64,000 nt of DNA from Treponema sp. (lineage in GTDB: Bacteria > Spirochaetota > Spirochaetia > Treponematales > Treponemataceae), in NCBI GenBank assembly GCA_045597485.1, contig JAZLKI010000035.1, positions 5,011 to 69,010 on the forward strand, read 5' to 3'. Shown here one piece after another: positions 9,571 to 19,728 of this stretch. Made by a program: the position numbers and the translations under genes. Numbering within the stretch: the stretch's first letter is position 1; each line of letters begins with the position of its first letter. Below the pieces are notes generated by a model. The model was not told where the DNA came from, ran no database searches, and was given only the letters and a program-made list of their open reading frames with translations.

Positions 9571-9665
9571 AGAGGACAGTCAACTAACGTTAGGGGACAG
9601 TCAACTAACGTTAGGGGACTGTCAATTAACGTTGGGTGACAGTCAATTAACGTTAGGGGTCTGTC
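9571..9665. repeat. 4.5 tandem copies of a 21-bp unit (AGGGGACAGTCAAYTAACGTT)
   Basis: Units start at 9571, 9592, 9613, 9634 and 9655 (partial). Confidence 0.92.
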
Positions 9666-9719
9666 TGTTTTGTGTTGTTTTTAAATGACGATTCCGGTAT
9701 TTTCAACTATATTTACTAT

Positions 9720-12656
9720 ATGATTACAAAACCTTTATACCCTGAAAATATTTCTTCCATTTTTGTGAAGCATCTTCCTGAACCTAATACTGTTTTTGTT
9801 TTTCCGACAGACACGGTTATGAATTCCTGGATTGACTGGATTGTCACTAACCCTGACAAGTCGGGATTTGATGCTGTGCCCTTCGAACGTTTTATTGCCT
9901 GGGACAATTTTAAAGGTTCTTATTTAAGTGCTGAAAAGGAAGGAACAACTGTAATTCCAACTTTATTGAAACAGCTTTTTGTTCACGACCTTATTCAAAA
10001 AAATGCTGAAAAACCTGAAGACCAAAGACTAAAGGTTGTTATAAACCACCAGGACGAATTCGCCAGCAGCGCTGACTCGTTTGCAGATTGGATTACCAAA
10101 AATCTGTCTTCCCTTCATTTCTGGAAAAAACGATTGGACATGTACCTGAGCGAGTATGGAAATCTTGATGAGGAAGATCAGGATTATTTATTCATCTATA
10201 ATGAATATAAGAAATTTCTTGCAGCTAATAATTTATTTGAACCTGCATGGATAGAAAATATCGAACTTCACGATACTAAAACTCAATTTATAATCCTGTA
10301 CCCTGAACTTCTTCAGGACTTTGCTGATTTTACAGACACCCTTTCCAAAAGTGAAAATATAACTATATATACTTTCCCAAAGGATATTCCAGTACCTAAG
10401 GCTTATCTTTATTCAGATTCAAGAAAAGAACTTCGCCAGACTATGCTGCAGATTATAAACCTTGTAAAAGAAGGTAAAGCAGACTGGTCTGAAATTGCCT
10501 TAAGCATCCCAGATTTAGATACTTACCGTCCATATATAGAACGAGAATTCAATCTTTATAAAATCCCTTATGTAATTAAAGCCGGCACAAAACTTACTAA
10601 AAACAGTGCAGGCCGAATCTTCCGTGAAATATATAATTGTTACAATTCAAATTTCACTTTCGACAGTGTACGAACTCTCCTTTTGGATGAATGTGTTCCT
10701 TGGAAAAAAGAAATTCTGCAGAAGAAAGAAGATTTAATTCGTGAAGGAAACAAAATGCACTGTATCTGTTCTCCTTTCGAAACAGATATCTGGCTTAGTG
10801 CCTTAAATTCTAAAATCGCAAGATTAGAAAAACAGGAAGATTCAGCAGAAAAATTAGGATATTTTAATGAACTAAAAAAATTCTATGAATCTGTAAAGCA
10901 CAGCATAAATAATTTTTTCAGCGAAGAATTTAATACTTTTTCAAATATTCGCCGCAGCTGGATGGAATTTAAAACCAAATTTCTGCAGAATGATAAAGAT
11001 TTTTCTGAAACCGCCAACAACATTCTAAGTCGTTGTATAAAAGAACTGGACGAAATTATTGCCATCGAAAAAAATTATGCTCACTGCAACCTGCAGCTAA
11101 AATCTCCATTTGATTTTTACCTTGGAATTATTGATGATAAAACTTACACTCCTCAAACAAAACTAACTGGTGTAAATATTTATAAATATAAGCTTTCCGC
11201 TGCAGCAAATGTAAAATATCAGTTTGTAATTGATGGTTCGCAAAAAAATCTTGAGATTTCTTACAAACGTCTTACTTTCTTAAATTCAACTAAACGAAGT
11301 AAACTCCATCTTCTGGAAGACGACAAAACCTTAAATGCCACAGAAGTTTTTATGAAGCTTTACGCCAAAAATACAGAAACTGCTGACCAAAATTTTATTC
11401 ATTTTTCTGCAGCAACAGATTCATTTGCAGGCTTTGCAATTCCACACAGTTTGCTTAATTACACAGAAGAAGTTCCAAATCTAGATTCACAGGATTATAT
11501 AAAAAATGAAGAAGCCTTTATTAATTCAAAAGGTAAATCTAAAAATCTGATTGAAAAACTTACTGCCGACCAGCTGCAAATGTTTGAAAACTGGAAAGCA
11601 ACTTCCCTTTATTCAGCTGACGAATATAATATTTCTGATAAGTTAAATGCTTTGCTTTCCCGCAAATACCATTCAGAAAACGGCAACATAAATGTTTCTG
11701 CCCGTGGAGATTTGGAAAAGTTTTTCCCTTGTCCAAGAAAGTGGCTTTTAAGTTCTGTTTTAAAGCTTCACGACGATACTTTAGACACCAGCTTAATGCA
11801 AAGCTACGACATGGGTAATTTAAATCACAAAATCCTTGAATTATTTATGGAAAATTTTCAGGATAAAAAACTTCCATTTTATAATCCCGAAAACGACAGC
11901 TTTATTATAAACATACTTGCAGAAGGGGGGTTAAATGGAAATGACAAAGACTTTACGGAAGAGCTTAAATCCCTTCTTTTTACTGAGCTTGTTCCTAAAG
12001 CTATTAAGGCCAAATCTGATTTTAGAGACAGCCCTTTAGTTATTAAAACTTTACAAAATCAGAATAATTCCATTGCTCAGGTGATTTTGACATTCCTCCA
12101 GACTCTCCTGCTTCCTTTCCCACAGGGGTTAGGAAACTGTACAGTAAAAGGATTGGAGCAAGCCTTCACCACCGCCAAGGAAACCTTTAATTATTATGGA
12201 AGAATCGACTCCCTTTTGCAGACTCCAGAAGGTGACCTTATTATTGTGGATTATAAAAACTCCAGCACATCAATTCCTGCTGCAAAATTCATTCGTGTAG
12301 ACGAAGACGGTAACCTTCACGATTTCCAGATGCCACTTTACAATCATCTAGTTTCTTCTAATTTTAATAAAGAAATTTTTGGAATGTACTACTATGCAAT
12401 TAAAGACGGAACAAAACGTACAGCCCTGGAAATGGAAAATCCTAAGGCAACTCCAGAAGATTATAAAGAAACACTTAAAACCCTTGATATTTATGCCAAT
12501 CTTTTTGCAGATCAGGTAAATTCTGGTCAGCTGGTTCCAGTTCAAACAAAGGATTCAAAATCGAAGCTGAATGTAAAATCTTATGAAGATTGTGCTAAGT
12601 GCACTTTTAAATCTATTTGCAGAACAACTTATTCTATCGGAGGGAAAGAACTTTAA
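9720..12656 (+). CDS. addB: AddB/RexB-like subunit: inactive helicase fold plus PD-(D/E)xK nuclease with Fe-S cysteines
   Basis: CPRKW...GRIDSL..IVDYK...FQMPLY...CAKCTFKSIC; adjacent to the AddA-like gene; ATG at 9720. Confidence 0.8.
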   Translation: MITKPLYPENISSIFVKHLPEPNTVFVFPTDTVMNSWIDWIVTNPDKSGFDAVPFERFIAWDNFKGSYLSAEKEGTTVIPTLLKQLFVHDLIQKNAEKPEDQRLKVVINHQDEFASSADSFADWITKNLSSLHFWKKRLDMYLSEYGNLDEEDQDYLFIYNEYKKFLAANNLFEPAWIENIELHDTKTQFIILYPELLQDFADFTDTLSKSENITIYTFPKDIPVPKAYLYSDSRKELRQTMLQIINLVKEGKADWSEIALSIPDLDTYRPYIEREFNLYKIPYVIKAGTKLTKNSAGRIFREIYNCYNSNFTFDSVRTLLLDECVPWKKEILQKKEDLIREGNKMHCICSPFETDIWLSALNSKIARLEKQEDSAEKLGYFNELKKFYESVKHSINNFFSEEFNTFSNIRRSWMEFKTKFLQNDKDFSETANNILSRCIKELDEIIAIEKNYAHCNLQLKSPFDFYLGIIDDKTYTPQTKLTGVNIYKYKLSAAANVKYQFVIDGSQKNLEISYKRLTFLNSTKRSKLHLLEDDKTLNATEVFMKLYAKNTETADQNFIHFSAATDSFAGFAIPHSLLNYTEEVPNLDSQDYIKNEEAFINSKGKSKNLIEKLTADQLQMFENWKATSLYSADEYNISDKLNALLSRKYHSENGNINVSARGDLEKFFPCPRKWLLSSVLKLHDDTLDTSLMQSYDMGNLNHKILELFMENFQDKKLPFYNPENDSFIINILAEGGLNGNDKDFTEELKSLLFTELVPKAIKAKSDFRDSPLVIKTLQNQNNSIAQVILTFLQTLLLPFPQGLGNCTVKGLEQAFTTAKETFNYYGRIDSLLQTPEGDLIIVDYKNSSTSIPAAKFIRVDEDGNLHDFQMPLYNHLVSSNFNKEIFGMYYYAIKDGTKRTALEMENPKATPEDYKETLKTLDIYANLFADQVNSGQLVPVQTKDSKSKLNVKSYEDCAKCTFKSICRTTYSIGGKEL

Positions 12657-12657
12657 T

Positions 12658-15600
12658 ATGGCAAACTACAACGATTCATTTTTAAACTTACTTAAACGTC
12701 CTCTGGATAAATATCAGTCAGTGGCTCTTAAAACTGAAAGAAACTCTGTAATTGCGGCAGGGGCTGGTTCTGGAAAAACACAGGTTCTGGCAACTCGTTT
12801 CGCATGGCTTGTAATGACTAAACAGGCAAAAGCAGATGAAATTCTTACTCTTACTTTTACAAATAAAGCCGCTGCAGAAATGTATCAGCGTATTTATGAA
12901 ACTCTTTATAAATTTGCAAATATGGAAATTTGTGAAGATTTGAACGCGGAACATAAACAGCTGGCAATACAGGCCCTGGAAGATTTTGCAAATGTTCATA
13001 TTCAAACACTGGACTCTTATTGTTCTGCAATTGTAAGACAGTGTGCAAATCGTTACGGAATTAAACCTGATTTTTCTACAGGTTCAGCTGACGGTTCCCG
13101 TGATATTAAAGATAAAGCCTTAGTTTTTCTTATGCAGCGCATGGATACTCTGGCTGTTAAAACTTTTGTTCAGCCAGGGCAGATTCAATATTTTTCCGAA
13201 AAGGTTTTTGCCGAAATAATCAGTGAATGTACAAGTCTTGCAACGCCAAGTGGTTATTTTAAAGAAAAATTGCAGGTTCAGTGTGGGGAAATTGCAAAAG
13301 CCTGGAATAAACTTGTTATTGGCCGGGAAGTTGGTTCAGTGGCAAGTTACGTTGACGGTTTGAAAGATGCTTATTTAACTTGTACTAAAAAAGATGATCC
13401 TTCAAAGGCCAACTATATTAAACTTATTACAAATCTTATAGAAGGCCTCGATTTACTTACAGATTTACCTCCACTTTCTGCAGAAGATATTCTTAGTGAA
13501 TCTGAAATTGTAAAAATAAATCTTGAAGCTTACGAAAAATTTAAAATTCTGGCAGCAAGTGCTAAGGTTCGTTCTGGATATATTCAGGAGCTTCGCAGTT
13601 TTGTAACTCAAATCAATAACGAAGCCATACCATATTACGATTCAATTTCCGCTTTTATATATCAATTTAAATCTATTGAATCCTTAAATCTTCTACTTGA
13701 TGAATTTCTGGAACAAATTAACAGTTCAAAACGCAACTCAGGAAATCTTACCTTTGCCGATGTTACTGAACTGGCATTAAACGTTCTTTTAGAAAATGAA
13801 GATATCCGCAATCAGGAAAAATCAGCTTATAAAAAAATAATGATTGATGAATTCCAGGATAATAATGGTAAAAACCGCGATTTGCTTTATCTTCTTTCTA
13901 TAAAAAATGGGGAATTTGTAGATCAGGGTAAATGCAAAATCATAATTCCGGAAAATAAAACCCTCCATGATTTAATTATAATTAAAGATGGGGAAGGAAA
14001 TATTCTGGAAGATAAGCGTGACCCTAACAAACTGTTCTTTGTAGGCGACGAAAAACAGTCAATTTATAAATTCCGTGGTGCCGATGTTTCAGTTTTTAAT
14101 GAACTTACCAGTGCAGATGAAAATGCCTTAATTCCAATGACTTACAACTACCGTTCTGATAAAGAACTTTTGTCTGGCTTTAATATGCTTTTTAAAAATG
14201 GAAACGGTATTTTTGACAGCTACGTTAATAATGAATGTAAAATAGATTATGAAGCCTATTACGAAAAGGAAGTTGAAAAAAAAGATACTGTTCTCCCAGT
14301 TATTACTGCAGAAAATTCCCGAATCCATATAGCGGCATTAAACGAAGATGATATGAAGCTTCCTGCTGAAGATGTTCAATATTTACCTTCAAAAGATCAG
14401 CTGGCATTTTTTATAGCTAAAAAGATTGCAGAAGCTGGTTCAACAGAAAAAAACTGGAACGATTTTGCAATTTTAACTAAATCTCGTACCGACTATTCTG
14501 TACTTACAAAATATCTTAATCGCTTTGGAATTCCATATCAGGTTGATGCCCAGAAAAATCTTTTTGCTGAAGCTGTTGTAAATGATTTTTATAATTTCCT
14601 TCGAATCTGCGTATATCCTTCTGATATAAATGCTTATGCCGCCTATCTTTGTTCTCCGCTGGTAGGTTTAAATGAAGCGGATGTGGAAAAAATCCTTTCT
14701 CACTTAAATGACGGCTCTGCAAATAAGGAAGACTTTACTTTTAATCCATTTGCAGATTTCGACAAAGAAATTCAAAAAGATTTAGAAGCATCTGCATTTG
14801 AAAAATACCTGGCAGGAAAAAATTTCTTTAATGAAAATAAAAGCTTAGTTTTACAGCAGAAACTTACAACTACCCTTTCCTTTTTATGGCATAACAAGGG
14901 CTATAAATATGAAACTATGCTTTCTCCAAAAACTCAATTAAGTGCAGAACATTTTGATATGCTTTTTGAACTTGCCCGCCAGGCCGACGAAAATGATAAA
15001 ACTGTTTCCTGGTTTATTGACCAGTTAGATTTGTTAAAAAACACATTTGCCTCATCTGATGCTGATATTGAAGGTGATGTTTCCTACCCATTGGAAAGAA
15101 AAGCTGCCGTTAGAATTATGACAATTCACAAAAGTAAAGGTTTGGAATTTAATCATGTATTTTTATACGGTTGTTTTGGTGTTGTTAATAAATCCGATAA
15201 CAATCTTTACTATTATGATGAAAAAACTGGAGTTTCAGTTAAGCCTGAAATTGGTACAGCAAACTACTTTGTAATAAAACAGGCAGAAAAAGCTAAACAA
15301 ATGGAGCTGGCAGAATTCCGTCGTCTTATTTACGTTGGAATTACTCGTGCTATTAAAGATATTTATATTGTTGGAAGTTATAATATTCCTAAAAATGAAA
15401 GCGCCAATATTTTCCGTCTTTTTGAAAATCTTATTACAAGATATTACCTTCCAGATGAAAATGGAAATTATACTTTCAATCCAGAAGCTGGTTTTGACTA
15501 TCTTCAAATTGAACCTATTGATTATGAAGATTTATTTAAATCTGATATTTCAAGTTCCACTTCGGAAAGCAAACTTTCTCCTGACGAATTACGAGCAAAA

Positions 15601-16251
15601 ATTATTGAAGAAGCTGAACAATCTTATAAAACTGCCTCAAAAATTGAATATGAATGTCACCCTGTTCCAAGAAGCACCCCTAGTTCTCTGGAACCTGCTT
15701 TTGAAGCTTCAATTGCAGAAGATGGAGATTCAGCTACAAAATATGAACAGCCAGAAGATTTGCTTACCCATAGTGGATTTACAGCTGCTGATTTTGGTAC
15801 TTTAGTTCACTCTTACCTTGAAATGCAGGCAAATGGTATTTCTCCAGAAGATTATGAACCTGAACCAAAACTTCTTAAAAATCTTTCTGAAAAAGAAATT
15901 GAAGAGAATAAAAAACTTTGTAGTAAAATGTGCAAGGAATTTGAACAATCTGAAGCTGGAATTGCACTTTCTGAAGCTAAAAAGGCAGGCCGTTTTTACA
16001 GGGCTGAATGGGGCTTTAGAATGTTTTACGATGGCACAATTTTTACTGGTTCCATAGACTTAATTTTCCAGAATAGTGACGGTACCTACTCTATTGTAGA
16101 TTACAAATCTGACAATCAGATAATGAGCGAAAAATATCTGGAGCAGCAAAAGTGTTATAAAATTGCTGCCAGCAAAATGCTTAAGATTTCTGATGATAAA
16201 ATCAATTGCTATCTTTATTTCTTAAAGCATAAAGAAATTGTAAAAATTTAA
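12658..16251 (+). CDS. addA: AddA-like UvrD helicase-nuclease
   Basis: AGAGSGKT, DEFQD, VGDEKQSIYKFRGAD, TIHKSKGLEF, YVGITRA, C-terminal GSIDL..IVDYKS nuclease; ATG at 12658. Confidence 0.88.
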   Translation: MANYNDSFLNLLKRPLDKYQSVALKTERNSVIAAGAGSGKTQVLATRFAWLVMTKQAKADEILTLTFTNKAAAEMYQRIYETLYKFANMEICEDLNAEHKQLAIQALEDFANVHIQTLDSYCSAIVRQCANRYGIKPDFSTGSADGSRDIKDKALVFLMQRMDTLAVKTFVQPGQIQYFSEKVFAEIISECTSLATPSGYFKEKLQVQCGEIAKAWNKLVIGREVGSVASYVDGLKDAYLTCTKKDDPSKANYIKLITNLIEGLDLLTDLPPLSAEDILSESEIVKINLEAYEKFKILAASAKVRSGYIQELRSFVTQINNEAIPYYDSISAFIYQFKSIESLNLLLDEFLEQINSSKRNSGNLTFADVTELALNVLLENEDIRNQEKSAYKKIMIDEFQDNNGKNRDLLYLLSIKNGEFVDQGKCKIIIPENKTLHDLIIIKDGEGNILEDKRDPNKLFFVGDEKQSIYKFRGADVSVFNELTSADENALIPMTYNYRSDKELLSGFNMLFKNGNGIFDSYVNNECKIDYEAYYEKEVEKKDTVLPVITAENSRIHIAALNEDDMKLPAEDVQYLPSKDQLAFFIAKKIAEAGSTEKNWNDFAILTKSRTDYSVLTKYLNRFGIPYQVDAQKNLFAEAVVNDFYNFLRICVYPSDINAYAAYLCSPLVGLNEADVEKILSHLNDGSANKEDFTFNPFADFDKEIQKDLEASAFEKYLAGKNFFNENKSLVLQQKLTTTLSFLWHNKGYKYETMLSPKTQLSAEHFDMLFELARQADENDKTVSWFIDQLDLLKNTFASSDADIEGDVSYPLERKAAVRIMTIHKSKGLEFNHVFLYGCFGVVNKSDNNLYYYDEKTGVSVKPEIGTANYFVIKQAEKAKQMELAEFRRLIYVGITRAIKDIYIVGSYNIPKNESANIFRLFENLITRYYLPDENGNYTFNPEAGFDYLQIEPIDYEDLFKSDISSSTSESKLSPDELRAKIIEEAEQSYKTASKIEYECHPVPRSTPSSLEPAFEASIAEDGDSATKYEQPEDLLTHSGFTAADFGTLVHSYLEMQANGISPEDYEPEPKLLKNLSEKEIEENKKLCSKMCKEFEQSEAGIALSEAKKAGRFYRAEWGFRMFYDGTIFTGSIDLIFQNSDGTYSIVDYKSDNQIMSEKYLEQQKCYKIAASKMLKISDDKINCYLYFLKHKEIVKI

Positions 16252-16324
16252 ACATTATTCAGTAAATTTTTCCATTGTTAAAAAAAGCAATGAAAACTAT
16301 AATTTCGTTAAAGGATTAACTAAG

Positions 16325-17926
16325 ATGGATAATAAAGAACTTATTTCTAGCGGAAACGCTGTATTAGGAATTGAATTTGGTTCAACACGTATTAAGGCTG
16401 TGTTGATTAATGAAAAATATGAACCAATTGCCGGTGGTTCTTACACTTGGGAAAACTCTCTGGATAACGGAATCTGGACTTACCCACTTTCACAGATTCA
16501 TGAAGGTCTTCAGTCTTGTTATGCTGATTTGAAAAAAGACGTTCAGGAAAAATATGGTGTAAAACTTACAAAATTCCGCGCTGGTGGTATTTCTGCCATG
16601 ATGCACGGTTATCTTGCTTTTGATAAAGATGATAATTTGCTTGTTCCATTCAGAACATGGCGTAATACAATTACTGGAGAAGCTTCTTCTAAGCTTTCTG
16701 AAATGTTCAACTACCCTGTTCCAGAACGCTGGAGTGCTTCCCACTTCTATCAGGCAATTTTGAATAAAGAAGAACATGTTGCTAAGATTCAGAATGTTTA
16801 CACTTTGGCTGGATACATTCACTACATGCTTACAGGCGAAAAAGTTCTTGGTGTTGGGGACGCTTCTGGTATGTTCCCAGTTAAGCTTTCTGCAGACGGA
16901 AAATCAGCTGATTATAATTCGGACTTTGCAGCAAAATTTGAAGCTTTACCTGAAGTAAAAGCATTCGAATTCAAGCTTTCTTCTGTGTTCCCTAAGGTTT
17001 TAATGGCAGGCGAAGCTGCAGGAACTTTAACTGCTGATGGTGCAAAATTCCTCGACCCAACAGGTGAACTTGAAGCTGGTATTCCATTCTGTCCTCCAGA
17101 AGGAGATGCAGGAACTGGTATGGCAGCAACAAATGCTGTTGCAGTAAAAACTGGTAACATTTCTGCTGGTACTTCTGTATTCAGTATGGTTGTTCTGGAA
17201 AAAGATTTGGAAAAAGTATACCCAGGAATTATTGACGTTGTAACAACTCCAGATGGACGTCCTGTTGCAATGGTTCACTGTAACAACTGTACTGGCGAAC
17301 ACAATTATTGGGTAAATCTTTTTAAAGAAGTTGTTGATACAATTGTTCCTGGAAATGATGCTTCTATTGGCAGCTACTACGATAAATTGATTATGAAATC
17401 TTTGGAAGCTGATAAAGATTGTGGTGGTCTTTTGGCTTACAACTATCTTTCTGGTGAAACAGTAACAGGCTTTAATTCTGGCCGTCCATTGTTTGCCCGC
17501 GCTGAAAACGCAAACTTTAGTATTGCAAACTTTATGCGTGTTCAGATGTTTACTTCGCTAGGTGCTTTGCGTGCTGGTATGAACATTCTTTATGATGAAG
17601 GTGTTCCTGTAGAATCAATGTACGGTGCTGGTGGCTACTTCAAAACTGATGCTGGACTTAAATACATGGCAGCTGCAATGAAATGTACTGTAAGTGCTAT
17701 GGAAACTGCTGGTGAAGGTGGTCCATGGGGTATGGCTATTCTTGCTGCTTACTGTGCAAATGATGCTAAAGATGCATTGCCAAACTTCTTGAATAAGGAA
17801 GTATTTGGTTCATGCAAGACAGTATCTGCAAAACCAGAAAAAGACATTTGCGAATCTTTTGAAATCTTCTTTGAAAGATACATGAAAGGTTTGGCTATTG
17901 AAAAAGCCGCTGTTGAAAATCTATAA
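16325..17926 (+). CDS. FGGY-family pentulose kinase (probable L-ribulokinase)
   Basis: GIEFGSTRIKAV, SAMMHGY, PEGDAGTGM, SAGTS; upstream of araD. Confidence 0.85.
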   Translation: MDNKELISSGNAVLGIEFGSTRIKAVLINEKYEPIAGGSYTWENSLDNGIWTYPLSQIHEGLQSCYADLKKDVQEKYGVKLTKFRAGGISAMMHGYLAFDKDDNLLVPFRTWRNTITGEASSKLSEMFNYPVPERWSASHFYQAILNKEEHVAKIQNVYTLAGYIHYMLTGEKVLGVGDASGMFPVKLSADGKSADYNSDFAAKFEALPEVKAFEFKLSSVFPKVLMAGEAAGTLTADGAKFLDPTGELEAGIPFCPPEGDAGTGMAATNAVAVKTGNISAGTSVFSMVVLEKDLEKVYPGIIDVVTTPDGRPVAMVHCNNCTGEHNYWVNLFKEVVDTIVPGNDASIGSYYDKLIMKSLEADKDCGGLLAYNYLSGETVTGFNSGRPLFARAENANFSIANFMRVQMFTSLGALRAGMNILYDEGVPVESMYGAGGYFKTDAGLKYMAAAMKCTVSAMETAGEGGPWGMAILAAYCANDAKDALPNFLNKEVFGSCKTVSAKPEKDICESFEIFFERYMKGLAIEKAAVENL

Positions 17927-18085
17927 TGTGTAAGCGCGCCGGTCAGAGCGCGCGGTGTTTAATAGCAAAGCGTTAAAAAAATTTGCGATTCAGCAATTTT
18001 TTAGCTTTACCATATATGAGGATAAAAAAATGAAAAATCGTTAGATTTTTCGAATCCGTGTGACAATAAAAATGAAGGAAAAATT

Positions 18086-18802
18086 ATGAAATTTGAATCT
18101 TTAAGAAATGAAGCTTATGAAGCTAATATGAAGATACCAGAAAATCACCTTGCTCTTTATACTTGGGGAAACGTGTCTGCTTTTGATAAAGATAAAGGAG
18201 TTTTCGCAATTAAACCTAGTGGAGTTCCTTATCCAGATTTAACTCCAGGATCTATGGTAATTATTGATTTGGATGGAAACAAAGTTGACGGATCTATGAA
18301 TCCTTCTTCTGATACTCCAACTCATGCAATTTTGTATAAGAAATTCGGTATGGAACAGGGTGCAGAAATTGGTGGTGTTATTCATACACACTCAACTTTT
18401 GCTGTAAGCTGGGCACAGGCAGTACGTTCAGTTCCATTGTTCGGAACAACCCACGCAGACCACATTCAGAAAGCAGTTCCATGTACACCTTACCTTTCAA
18501 AAGAAGCTGTAGAAGCTGATTATGAAAAAGAAACAGGTCTTTTGATTGTAAAACACTTTGCAGATTTAGGACTTAATCCTAGCGAAGTAAACATGGTATT
18601 GTGCGGTGGTCACGGCCCATTTGCCTGGGGAAAAAATGCAGACAAAGCAGTTTACAACGGAACAGTTTTGGAAGAAATCTGTAAAATGGCTTTAAACACA
18701 TTAGCATTGAACCCAGAACAGGCTCCACTCCCAGAATGGATTGTAAACAAGCATTACATGAGAAAACATGGACCTAATGCATACTACGGTCAGGGAAAGT
18801 AA
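18086..18802 (+). CDS. araD: L-ribulose-5-phosphate 4-epimerase
   Basis: TWGNVS, IKPSGV, PSSDTPTH, HTHS, GTTHADH, KHGPNAYYGQ. Confidence 0.96.
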   Translation: MKFESLRNEAYEANMKIPENHLALYTWGNVSAFDKDKGVFAIKPSGVPYPDLTPGSMVIIDLDGNKVDGSMNPSSDTPTHAILYKKFGMEQGAEIGGVIHTHSTFAVSWAQAVRSVPLFGTTHADHIQKAVPCTPYLSKEAVEADYEKETGLLIVKHFADLGLNPSEVNMVLCGGHGPFAWGKNADKAVYNGTVLEEICKMALNTLALNPEQAPLPEWIVNKHYMRKHGPNAYYGQGK

Positions 18803-18825
18803 ATTTTAGTGTAGCGAATAAATAG

Positions 18826-18890
18826 CCACAGATGGGACACAGATTAGTCACAGATATAAAGATATACTGTGTAATCTGTGTCTTTTTTTT
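18826..18890 (+). terminator. Hairpin/terminator built from CACAGAT repeats
   Basis: CACAGAT x3 at 11-bp period; GACACAGATTA/TAATCTGTGTC stem followed by T8. Confidence 0.7.
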
Positions 18891-18949
18891 TAACTTTTTT
18901 CCCAAATTCATTTCCTAAAATCATCACATTTAGTCTATATTATATATAT

Positions 18950-19726
18950 ATGAATCGTTCCACTAATTCTCCTGCTATAGTACTTAATCTTAAACCTCTG
19001 GGAGAAAACAATAGTCAAGTTACTCTACTCACTCCAGATGCAGGCATTGTATATGCAACTTTGTATGGTGGTCCAAAATCTAAATTACGTTCATTAGTCT
19101 CTCAATGGAACAGCGGAAACGTTTGGCTTTACGAAGTGCCCGAAAAGAATCAAATTAAGATAAGCGATTTTGAGGTTAAAAATTATCATAGTACATTCAG
19201 TGAAAATCTTTTTAAAATGTACGCCGCATCACTGGCTGCCGAACTTGCCATAAAAACACGATGCGGTGGCAGCAACGAAGAAGCTTTTACTTTAGTCTGC
19301 GGATTTTTTGATGGAATGGAATTATGTAACGAAGAACAAAGTCGTGTAGGATTACTTCGCTTTTTATGGCGTTACATTGAACTTTTGGGTATACAACCAG
19401 AAACTCATATTTGTGCATCGTGTGGCAAATCTTTTTTAGATACACAGTTTGCACCTGATGATGTTTCATATTATAATAGTATAAGCAATTCTTTTATTTG
19501 TTCTGATTGTCAATCTCAGGATTACAGTAAGAATCTTTATATGGAACTTAAAGGAAGTGCTGTTCAGTATCTTTCTGCCGTTACTTTTTTGAAACCTGCA
19601 GAAGTACGAAAGCTTCAAATAGACAAAGAAGCTTATGATCAGTTAAAACAATTAATTTTTTTCCTTATTGAAAGCAATATTGAACAAAAATTAAATACTA
19701 TAGAAATTGGTGTGGGAATTTTATAA
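18950..19726 (+). CDS. recO: DNA repair protein RecO
   Basis: GENNSQVTLLT OB-fold start, CASC...CSDC Zn finger, upstream of recJ; ATG at 18950. Confidence 0.88.
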   Translation: MNRSTNSPAIVLNLKPLGENNSQVTLLTPDAGIVYATLYGGPKSKLRSLVSQWNSGNVWLYEVPEKNQIKISDFEVKNYHSTFSENLFKMYAASLAAELAIKTRCGGSNEEAFTLVCGFFDGMELCNEEQSRVGLLRFLWRYIELLGIQPETHICASCGKSFLDTQFAPDDVSYYNSISNSFICSDCQSQDYSKNLYMELKGSAVQYLSAVTFLKPAEVRKLQIDKEAYDQLKQLIFFLIESNIEQKLNTIEIGVGIL

Positions 19727-19728
19727 TT

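Noticed and set aside
9571-9665. CRISPR array
   Set aside because: The repeats are contiguous with no spacers, and there are no cas genes in the window
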